From Spirogloea muscicola (Eukaryota), in NCBI GenBank assembly GCA_009602725.1, contig WELB01000002.1, positions 581,112 through 616,166 on the forward strand: DNA of 35,055 bases, given 5' to 3'. Both the position numbers and the translations under genes were made by a program. Each line of letters begins with the position of its first letter. Position 1 is the stretch's first letter. Of the stretch, positions 23,009 to 35,055 are shown in pieces. The notes below the pieces were generated by a model, which searched no databases, was not told the origin of the DNA, and saw only the letters and a program-made list of their open reading frames with translations.

Positions 23009-25660
23009 TCAGAGAGCAAGGACTGAGGTTGTGCAGGCTATACCGTTGTAAATCAAAGTCCCAAGTATGGGAACAAACTGCCCGGTGATGAGCTGCAATA
23101 CCAAGGAAGGAACGTAAAGAGCATTAGGTCTCACTTACTAGCAGGTGTGTTCAAGGAATGAATATGCATTCATGCATATCTTGAGGACACATTAAAGATT
23201 CTATGCCCTATGGAGGGTGTGAGCACTCGCTGACAGATTGTCGATATTTACCTTAATGGCCTCCTGAGAGGCAATCCCCCCAACAACTGCCGCAGAGCAG
23301 TGCAACTCGCTCGCTCCAAAGCGGCAGATCTCACTGATTAGATCCTCAGGCAGCGTAGACGAACTGGCGCCCAGCTCTGTCAGCAGGCCCATAGCCACAG
23401 CTTTCAATCTCGAGACATCCTCTTCTTCATCAATCCTGCAAAAGCCATGATTGGCGTTTTTGTCATAGGGGCTAGCACCTTTGTGGAGTGCCAATATAAG
23501 TGAGCAGCCACAGCGCACTCAAAAGTGTGCATTTCAGCTTACAATTCAATTGCAGAAACGATCTGAAATATCTAATTGCAAATAAGTGGCTAAATCATAC
23601 CCGTCGAAGACGCCTGGGTAACGGTTGTACGTGGCAGCAAATTGTTCTGCAGCACGTAACAAGACGTAGAGCGCTGCATTGCTGGGGCACGTGCGCACAC
23701 TGAGCAGTCAGAGGCTAATGAATGCACAAGAATGCCATGTGAGCTGGCGAAGATAAACACTGCAGGTGATAATTCTTTAATCACTGTTGCTGTTAGCATG
23801 TAATATTTGCATTGACAGACTTGCTGGCCAGTCACAAGTCGTGGGTGTTACATACTTGCTGTCCTCAACAGCCAACAGTCTTTGTAACTCTTGCCCATTG
23901 CGATTGTTGTACTCCTCCGCCAAGGTCTTCCACCGCAGTACCTGTCATCCTCAGCTACCTGGTTATAACAGCATCTACATAACATGCATTCCAATTTCCA
24001 ACAAAAAGTTTCATCAGGCAGAGCTGAGTTCTACAACACTTTGTTCAAGTAGCTTGCGATTGCTTCTGTGCAGAAGCAAACTAAATGAATGTCCAAGCAG
24101 GAAATTACCTTGATGTTACTGCAGTTCCTGCAGAACATCTTGATGCTGGTACGGCTAATTGATTTTGGATCGCGCCCCACCTTGCTGAGAATGGCGTGCA
24201 CGCACCCTTCTACCTTTGTAACGTCTGCTTCTGCTTTGCTCTGATATATCTGCTGCTGGCCAATGTAGTACCTGAGCTAACCACCACACCAAAGAGAGCA
24301 CTCCTCAGCAGCCCAATAAAGAGAACAACAACGTACTTTATTCACAACCCTCACTTTGGTCTCCCAACATGCTCGGAGCAAGTTGCAAGACCGCAACAGT
24401 CACGCATATAACGTCCCAGTAGTCATCACCATGAAGTTGGCAAGGCGGCTCACTCAGACAGGGAATGCATGTCAGGTATGCCCCCATTCAGAGGAAGCTG
24501 GCCTTTCCCATCATGCTTCATGAATTCCTGCAGAACTGTGGTCCTAGTTAGGGGCCGTCCATCTGTCACCTGGTACATTCATCATAACTGATTGCAACCT
24601 ACTAGTGTGAACGTCTGTCAACTGCTCAGGCCTACTTAGTGCAAGATGCAGACCTTGAGAGCAGCCACGAGAATCCAGAAATCAGCAGAGCAGGCACTGA
24701 CATCAGCCGCTTTGTCACTGACTACAGCATCGACATCGGACACTGCAGAGGAGAGCCACTTGCAAATTAGCAGGCCACCAAGTACCATGAGCAAATTCGA
24801 GTCGATGGATAGAAAAGTCCCGTGTATTGCACATCTATGACCAGTCACAAGTAGGCATTGCGTCAGCATACCACTGCTAGGAGGTGACCATATCCTGTAG
24901 GCTGCTGCTAATGCTTCTTTGTAGTTGTCCTCGTCGTCAATGCGCCTCCTTGCTGATATGCTAGCCTGCATAACAACAACGGTGAGTTTACATCTGACAC
25001 TCACTGTCCTGCTTTATCCAAGTCATCTTCTGCCGCGCCTTCAGCACCGGCGATATTTAAATTCTGACTTCTAAGAGTATTGCCGCGATGTACCTTGAAA
25101 GCTGACCTCTCTTGCGAAGTCGAGGGCAAGGAACCATTGTGAGTTGCACGCCAGTCTTCGGCAATACGCAGAAGTAGAACAGCATAAGGGATGTGCTTGT
25201 GTATGAGGGAGTCGCTTGTGTCCAGGTCAAAGGTAGCTGCGTACCTGCCATTGTGCAGCACAACTGCCAATGATGCTACGCAGACAGTCGGATACATGTC
25301 ATAGCAATTTGCGCAGCAATAGCTGACACCTCATGCACTGCAGTGTAATCTTTTATACGTAGCTATGTACAGCCAAAATTAGCAGGAGCTAGATACTTTC
25401 ACGCTATAACCTGCATAGTAAGTCTGCTTCTTCTAAAGAAAAGCCCTAGACTTATTGCCTAATTCCATAAGCACCAGGAGCAGTATCCTGCCGGGAGTAC
25501 GTACACAACTGGAAGTCTGTCCATGCGCATCCTAGTTACATCACAGTCAAAGTGTCAAGGCGAGGAGATTGATCACACTGCTTCAGTTCTGGCCAGGGCG
25601 CATGTAGCCGGAGGTCATCCACGACATTGTCAGGCTTTGCCTCAATGACTTGGTGTTCCT
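23009..25660 (-). CDS. AXR1: NEDD8/RUB-activating enzyme E1 regulatory subunit (AXR1/NAE1/APPBP1), N-terminal portion absent
   Basis: Ten spliced exons: EHQVIEAKPDNVVDDLRL, HKHIPYAVLL, DEDNYKEA, DFWILVAALK, LPLNGGIPDMHS, IYQSKAEAD...FCRN, WKTLAEEY, LYVLLRA...YPG, EICRFGASELH...GGIASQEAIK, LITGQFVP...YNGI; TGA at 23009-23011. Confidence 0.93.
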
Positions 25661-25740
25661 GCAGACAGCAAGCCTCAGCTGCCTCAGTCAGGACTGCACA
25701 GACACAGATGAGGCAATCCCCACGCACATGCACATGCAGC

Positions 25741-25793
25741 TTAAACCCAAGACCCTCAACCTGAAACCCTGGAGACCCTGATCCTAACTTAAC
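25741..25793 (-). repeat. Degenerate telomere-like tract
   Basis: TTAAACCCAAGACCCTCAACCTGAAACCCTGGAGACCCTGATCCTAACTTAAC on the + strand. Confidence 0.5.
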
Positions 25794-26330
25794 ACTGTTT
25801 CCTGGTTGCCAGCTTCCTGCAACAAGAAAAATAAGCTGGAGAGTATACTGTCATATTTGTGTCTGCTGACCCGCACGGTCACAGGGCATAGCCAATGTGG
25901 TCCATGAACCTTACACCCTCTTCCCTTGATGACAACCGTAAATCTTGCTTATAGTAAGTGTAGGAGCAGAACAAGGTGGCCCGTGGAGCCGAGGCCGGGG
26001 CCGGCAGCCGGAGCTCGAGCTGCCGATGGCCCGCGCTCGCCGCTCAGGCCCGGCCTGGCGGCCTCGCCAGCTCATGCCCGCGCATCCTCGGGAGCTGCGC
26101 CGTGAGCGGCACCGGGGCAGGCGGCGACGGCGGCGGCGGCGACGGCGGGCACGGCGCTGTCGCGCAGCTGACACCTGGGAGACGTGACAATTGACGTTAG
26201 GGGGGCCTTGGGTTCCGCCAACTGGAGGCTGGCTAACCGAGATCCCCTTACTTTTGGCTGTTGTCGCACCTTGTCGCGCCGTCCTGGAGGAGCTGTCATT
26301 ATTTAAGTTCTCTAGGACCTAAATAATGTG

Positions 26331-26496
26331 ATTTTTGGGCTGGCCTCTCACGGCCATCGCCTTGCTGGGACTGAGCTGTTTCATTCCAGATTGCAAAAAA
26401 GGTAAGGCGATGAATGTGCTCGCCCATAGGCGGATGGCTGTGAGTGGCGAACCCAAAAACAATTCGAACAAGAAAAGAATGAAATGTACGAGGTCT
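26331..26496. repeat. Divergently oriented pair of dispersed modular repeat copies
   Basis: TTTTTGGGCTGGCCTCTCACGGCCATCGC...GAGCTGTTTC (-), then GTGCTCGCCCAT and GATGGCTGTGAGTGGCGAACCCAAAAA (+). Confidence 0.75.
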
Positions 26497-26606
26497 CGGA
26501 AACAGGCGAAAACACGAATCCCTTTTTTGAGGGAGCTGCATTTCCTCATGGACTTGATCAGAGGCCAACTGTCCTCCGCTACAGCAGGGGCTGCCTGCTC
26601 CAGGAA

Positions 26607-26607
<1 letters not shown>

Positions 26608-26646
<39 letters not shown>
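26608..26646 (+). repeat. (GCC)13 microsatellite upstream of the SnRK1-like ATG
   Basis: Uninterrupted GCC run read directly. Confidence 0.9.
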
Positions 26647-26649
<3 letters not shown>

Positions 26650-26758
26650 TTCGGGCGCGCCGCAAGGCCCCTCTGCCACATGGTCCCGCGCCCGCGGAGG
26701 CGGCGGCTGCGGCGGCGGCGGCGGCGTCGGGAGCGGCTGCGCAATTCGACGCGGCAGC

Positions 26759-29318
<2,560 letters not shown>

Positions 29319-30030
29319 CCTGCGATGAAGGCAGGCTTTTCTGCCTTCCCATTTATTCATTCTTTTATTCAAGTGCGCACCATTCTCAAGCTGCCCACGC
29401 TTGACCTTGCAAGGCCACAGTCAAGCAGCCTTAGCCACTCCGACTCTGCCGCTCAAGCAGATCCAACTGCTGGGTCGTCTGTCAAGGTGCTACGAGTCGT
29501 CTGCTTCTGATCAGCATCAGCGCAGCATCTGGACTTCAGATGTTCCCAAGCGCAACCTGTGGCAGGAGCCGCTCTTGCTGAGCTCCGTACCATGGAGCAC
29601 TCTGACACGCTGCAACTTGCAACCATTAAGTCGACTTTGGCTTGATGAATCACCACTGCTTGTTCTTGGATAAATTATACGGTTCGCTGGAGGCGCACTC
29701 TATGTAGATGGACGCCAAGATGGCGCGACGCCAAGCTGAAGCCAAGTGGTCAGACGCGCGTGCCCTCGTTACGACGTTTCTTCTATATGTACCTCGGTTT
29801 CGCTTGACCGAGTGTCGGTTAGTCGATAACCGACAGCAAGCTAATGTGATTCTATTAGAGGACAGGACTTAGCCTGACAGCAGACTTACTAAGAATACGC
29901 TGTGCCCCAGCCCAGGGCCTCGCCTCCCCGGACTTCGCGGCGGGTCTCGCGGCGGGGCCTGCGGCGGGCCTCGCGGCGGCGCCCACCTCGCATTGCCCGC
30001 GGACCGCAGGCGGCGGCAAGGGCGGCGGCG

Positions 30031-30210
30031 NNNNNNNNNNNNNNNNNNNNNNNNNNNNNNNNNNNNNNNNNNNNNNNNNNNNNNNNNNNNNNNNNNNNNN
30101 NNNNNNNNNNNNNNNNNNNNNNNNNNNNNNNNNNNNNNNNNNNNNNNNNNNNNNNNNNNNNNNNNNNNNNNNNNNNNNNNNNNNNNNNNNNNNNNNNNNN
30201 NNNNNNNNNN
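30031..30210. other. Assembly gap likely hiding the start of the next gene
   Basis: N run flanked by very GC-rich GGC/GCC sequence. Confidence 0.9.
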
Positions 30211-30330
30211 CGCCGCCACCGCAGCAGGCGGCGTGGTGGGGCGGCGGCTGGGCGACGTCCGCGCTCTCGGTCGTGTCCGCGCTCCAGGAGGCCGCCTCGG
30301 AGGCCGCCGGCGAGATCTCCAAGACCGTGA

Positions 30331-30369
<39 letters not shown>

Positions 30370-33237
30370 GCCGCCGCCGCGTCGTGAGCCAACGTCCACT
30401 TCTCATCTCGTCGCAGGCCGTGGCGGCCGCCAAGGGCATGGTCGACAACCTGGACCTGGACGGGGAGCCCGTCAGCCATCCTGCAGGCGGCGGAGCAGAG
30501 CCCGCCGACGGCGGCGGCGCCGCTGGAGACGGCGCGGAACCTGCGCCGCCGCCGAGCGAGGAGGACCGGAAGCGCCTCGCCGCGCTGGACCGCCTGGACG
30601 GCGCCAGCAAGGACACCATGCTCGGCCAGGTGGGCGCTGCCCACCATCTACAGCTGTGCTGCCTGACCATACTGTAATGCGAGTCTATCAGTGATACAGA
30701 ATCGAGCTAAGTGAGAGTTAAGGAGGCAGCACTGCCCACCATCTACAGCTGTTCCGCCTGATTTACTGTAATGCAGACTCAACAAGTGATATAGATTATT
30801 GAGCTAAGTGAGAGTTAAGGAGGCAGAAGCCTTCATCATCCTGCCCATGCCAGTGGATGATAGCAGCATTTGCGTCAGAGTGAGGAAATTGATGAACTGC
30901 TCGCAGTCACTTAGCAGTTGAGGCCTAAAAGCAGCCCTGCGGCACCGCCGTGTGCAGGGCCTGAAAGCCGTCGACGAATCGGTCGAGAGCATCGCCCACG
31001 GCGCCCTGACTGCGCTCAACAGCGCCTGGAAGGGCAGCGTGACTTTTGTGCACAAGTGAGACCCCTTCTCTTGCATCGCTTAGCGTGATGACACTAATGT
31101 ACCCTCCAGACATGAAGGTAATTGAAGTATAGATTCAGTCAGAGCGTCCTAGCGGCATTGCCCTCGCTATGTAGGCCAGCTGGACGTGGCTCAGGTAGCC
31201 TTAGACCGCCGGTTTTGGCGTAAGCTGTCCAGGGCCCAGCACTCGGCAGAAGCACTGGCGCACACGATCCAGGAGGGCAACCTGTCGAGCAAAGCGGCGG
31301 AGCTCGCTCCTGGGCTTGTGCAGGTTTGCCTTTTTCCTCTATCAGTGGTCAAGAGCGAGGAGCAGTGGGTTCGATGGGCGCTAGCCGCGCAAGTTGGCGC
31401 ACCTTGTTGGACTTGTGAGCGCGTCTCAGCAGCTGGCATTACTGACGGGCTTGCTAAGATAGCAAGTCTGACATCCCAAGGTCGTTGCTTGCAAGCAGAG
31501 TGGCAAGGGCTTGGCGTCCAAAGGGATGCAGCTGCTGGAGTTTGTCGGCAAGGAGACGCTGGACATCCTGGCGCAGGAGACGGGCATTATTCTCGAGGAG
31601 GACGACGAGCAAGCCGACGCGGATCGTGCCGGGGAGGTGGAGCCCTTTGCAGAGGAGGTGTCGTTCGACCGCTGCTTCTACATCTATGGCGGGCCCGAGC
31701 ACCTTGAAGTAAGTGCCGTGTGTGCCCCACAATGTACTCAGACATGATATGTCTGCAGTAAGTTAATCTCCAATACCTACATTTATGTCTTTGAGTCCCA
31801 ATGTGTCTGGCATTCCTCTGCTGACGGGGAAGACGATGTCTTGCATGCAGGAGTTGGAGGCCCTGGCCAATCACTACATGCTACTGTGCAGCAGAGCGCA
31901 GGCGAAGATGGCGGATGAGGAGCGGCGCCCGTTCGACGAGGCCTACAAGCACCTGCAGCACACGCTCACCCTCGGGCAGGACGAGGAGATGGAGGGCGCA
32001 GGGGAGGACGACCAGGCCAAGGGCAAGGCCAAGGAGGAGGCTGGCGACGTTGTCGGTGGCGCTGACGTGCGGGCTCTCCGGGACGCCAGCATCAGCAGGG
32101 CTGCGGAGATGGCCAGCAGGTCGGTCGCCGGAGCTTCTGCTGCCATTGTGGTTGACAGACGGCAACCAGAAAACATGTGGTTTACACGTCCGCTTCAGTG
32201 CTGGCACTCCGAAGCGATTGTTGCAGCTTGGCGATCGTGCAGATAGCACCGCTAATGACGTCGGTTTCCTCTTCCAGCTTTGCGGCAAGCTTGCCGGGCA
32301 TGGCTGCGCCAGAGGTCGTGAACCGGACGCTGGAGCGGCTAGAAGCACTCCGGGCTGAGGGTGTACATGTGAGTATTCTGCTCTTGATACCCTCTAATGG
32401 CGTTAAATTTACCACCAGGTGAAATCAGTAATGGACCTGGCAAAGACATGATAACAATGAATGAAGATTTGACACAAAATTTCCATGTCTTTTATGCAGA
32501 GGCTGTCCGAGCTGTGCTCTCTGTGCCTTCTGCAACTCCTGCAGCTCGGCAACACAATGCTGGCCACGGCGGACGGGGCAGACGGTGCCGACAACGCCAG
32601 ACATGCCGACGAGGAGGCCGACAAGGCCAGCGCGGGTGCCAGCGCCTCTGCAAGGAGCAACTGGGCTGAGGAAGTCATTGCAAAAGGCAAGACCGTGCAG
32701 GCGCGGGCGCAGGCCATGACGGACGACATCGAGGCCGTGCTAGATGGCTACCTCACAGGTAAGCTGGTCACTGAAACTACATAATGGTGGGTTGTATTAT
32801 GTTCACCAGCCAAAGGCAAATCTATTAACTGATGCATTCACTGATGAATCAAGGAGAAGCCCCAGGAGAAGCCTGAGTGTCCCAGGGGTCCAGGTCTGCA
32901 ACGGTAAAAGGCTGAAAGTGGCTCGCAGCAGTGGTCCACAGCACACAATTGGCTCAGAAGTTTCAGTTAGGCTCAGGTTTTGCTTCTAGTTGGGTTTGCA
33001 GGAATCAGCGACGTTGCAGAAGCCTGCAGGGCGGCCACTGGCGAGGTGGAGGCCGGTGGCAAGGACAGCCCTGTCAAGGTCCAGGAGCAGCAGGCATCCA
33101 TCAGCGCCAGCCTGGAGAGCGACGGGAGTACGGCTATCAGTCGCATTCAGGACGGCCTGCAGAAGCTCGCACACTTTGTGCTGGCAACGGGCATCAAGGG
33201 GGCCGAGAATAGGGAAAACGACAGTAAAGCTACCTAA
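30211..33237 (+). CDS. At2g15860-like conserved plant protein (FAM114-like); about 9 exons, start in or near the gap
   Basis: GGWWGGGW...ALQEAA...EISKT|, EEDRKRLAALDRLDGASKD...GQ|GLKAVDESVE, KGMQLLEFVGKETLDIL, EEVSFDRCFYIYGGPEHLE|ELEALANHY, RLEALRAEGVH|RLSELC, ISRIQDGLQKL; TAA at 33235-33237. Confidence 0.85.
30637..30826. repeat. Intronic ~95-bp tandem duplication
   Basis: CTGCCCACCATCTACAGCTGT...GAGCTAAGTGAGAGTTAAGGAGGCAG occurs twice (starts 30637 and 30732). Confidence 0.9.
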
Positions 33238-33877
33238 ACTTATATTTGAGAAGGTTCATAGCCTCAGACAGGACTCTGGTCTTGGCTGCTGGCACCTCCT
33301 ATTGCCATCCTACAATCTAGCGTCCGACTTTTAGCCTGTTAGTGTTAATCCTAAGCCCTAAGTCGGCTGGTACTCGCACTCTCCACAGCCTCGAGGGTGG
33401 ATGATGTCATTGATTCCCTACAGTCTGAGGTTGATGTACAGTCCTTTGCTAACCCAAGTGGCCAGCTGCCTGAAGTATTGCTCCTCAAGCTCTTGCAACA
33501 GCACACTTACGATAGTTAGACACTACGCCACCATGTCTTCCGTGAGAGAAGCGAAACTAGCTTGCTTATTGCCAACATACATAGTGGTCCCAGGACATCA
33601 TTGGTGGCTTCTGAGCTTTGGCTGCCATCAGGAGCTCCATGACTGGGCACACTGGTGATGGAAGCCCAGCGGTATAGCCGCATGATATCAGAGACCATTG
33701 TGGTGGCTGACGAAGCCTCCACTTGCAAACACTAACAGTTGTACAGGTATAATATTTGTTGGATAATTCAGGACCCTTGCAGATTGGATGTTGCATAGGT
33801 CAGCTCTCAACTGGAAGAGTCCTCTCCCTTGTACATTCCTTCGGGCTCCACCTTTGGAGGAAAGACTCTTCCAGTAG

Positions 33878-34614
33878 ACAAACAGCTCATCCAGATTGAC
33901 AACAATGGCTGTGAGAGGCCAGCCCAAAGGAATGGACAAGGTCTGCATGGCGAGTAGAGGGTGATGGTTGAGAGTGGCCAGCCCAGAAAAGAATATGAAC
34001 AAAATTCGAAGGGGTCAGGGAAAGCGCTAAAGCTGGCACACATCGAATCAAGCAGCTACGGAACACTGAGTAACCCCAGCTGAGCAGCCGCAAGAGAAAA
34101 TAGCAAACAGAAAGGGGCCAGAAAAGCGCTATAAAGCACACGGCGACGCAAATGGCTGTGGAAGAGCTCATCCTCTTCGGGCTGGCCTCTCACAGCTTAC
34201 GTCCTCCTCATTGTTGCCATAATTGATGTACGTCTGTCGATGTGCTTGCATTTGTACTTGGCCACACAGGCCCTCTATTGTACTGTCACTGAGTCATTCG
34301 CAGCTGCTTTGTTTCTTTTTGTGCTTGTGTTTCTTAGCGCTTCCCCTTCTCGTGCTTTGTTCATTCTTTCTTGGGCTGGCTTTCCAGCCCCTATCCTCAA
34401 TGGGCGAGCACTTTCTTCTATCGTACAAGAAAGAGCTCGCCCATTGAGCATCTCATTCTTCGGCTTTGGACATTGTCCATTCTTTTTGGGCTGGCTTTGC
34501 CAGCCCCTCTTTCTCTATGGGCGAGCCTTCTTCTATTGAGGATAGGGGCTGGAACAGCCAGCCCAAAAAAGAAAGAAGTGGCACTCCCACAATAGGGGCA
34601 AGGGCTGCGAAAAG
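33878..34614. repeat. Large cluster of dispersed modular repeat copies with nested inverted repeats
   Basis: Cores at ~33918 (+), ~33977 (+), ~34180 (-), ~34372 (-), ~34485 (-), ~34557 (+). Inverted repeat 34371-34401 versus 34535-34566. Hairpin 34396-34448. Confidence 0.85.
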
Positions 34615-35055
34615 GTGTCGCTTCGCTCCGCCCACCAGGAGCTGCTCGCGGCGCACCCGGACCTGGCCGGCCAGGCGGTATCCTTCGCGCACCTCGCGCA
34701 CACCGCCGACTTGCGCGTCCAAGCGCGCATCGCGGCAGTGGTCGACAAGGCCGCCTACACCACCGCCGTGCTCCAGCTCCCCGAGGCCGACTTGCGCGGG
34801 CGCGCGAGACTCCACTCGGCCTCTTCCCCGGGGGCTGCGGCGTGGCTCCAGGCCCTCCCCCTCTACGACGCCCTCACCCTCCCGGACGAGGTATTCCGAA
34901 GTGCCGTCCACCGGCTCCTGGGCCTACTGCCGCCATGTCTCCAGGGTGTGCGTCAATGTGAGTGTGGCGAGCGCGGGACCGAGCCTGGAGAGCTGGCTGC
35001 TCATGTTCTGCGCTGTTCCCACGGCGGAGAGCGGACAGCGGCCCACGACCGCCTC
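34615..35055 (+). mobile_element. 5'-truncated non-LTR retrotransposon of the restriction-like endonuclease type (CRE-like); continues beyond the window
   Basis: Uninterrupted frame missing from the ORF track: ...RARLHSASSPGAAAWLQALPLYDALTLPDEVFRSAVHRLLGL...CECG...HVLRCSHGGERTAAHDRL. This matches the post-RT linker, CCHC knuckle and RHD-like motif that precede the endonuclease in CRE-clade elements. No RT domain upstream; in-frame TAG at 34543. Confidence 0.85.

Noticed and set aside
33878..34614. CRISPR-like repeat-spacer array
   Set aside because: Copies are degenerate, irregularly spaced and in both orientations; the context is eukaryotic with no cas genes.

Overview
Eukaryotic nuclear DNA with GT-AG introns, GC-rich exons, (GCC)n tracts and plant-type TTTAGGG-like tracts. 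The gene families are green-plant-like, most consistent with a streptophyte alga or early-diverging plant (inference). Genes from left to right: a decayed LRR receptor-like kinase pseudogene (-), an At4g10930-like RING/PHD/SRI gene (-), a PhnP-like metallo-beta-lactamase hydrolase (+), a 2OG-Fe(II) dioxygenase (+), the 5' part of condensin kleisin CAP-H (-), the 3' part of the NEDD8-activating subunit AXR1/NAE1 (-), a divergent SnRK1-alpha kinase (+), an At2g15860-like gene (+), and a 5'-truncated CRE-like non-LTR retrotransposon running off the right edge. The main intergenic spacers carry copies of an unrecognised modular, fold-back repeat (core GCCAGCCCAAAAAGAA). The retrotransposon junction falls exactly inside one copy, and an intact 'empty site' copy is present at 556-595. 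Several genes are incomplete at a microsatellite or N positions, so draft-assembly artefacts must be considered. All family calls are from recalled motifs, not database searches.
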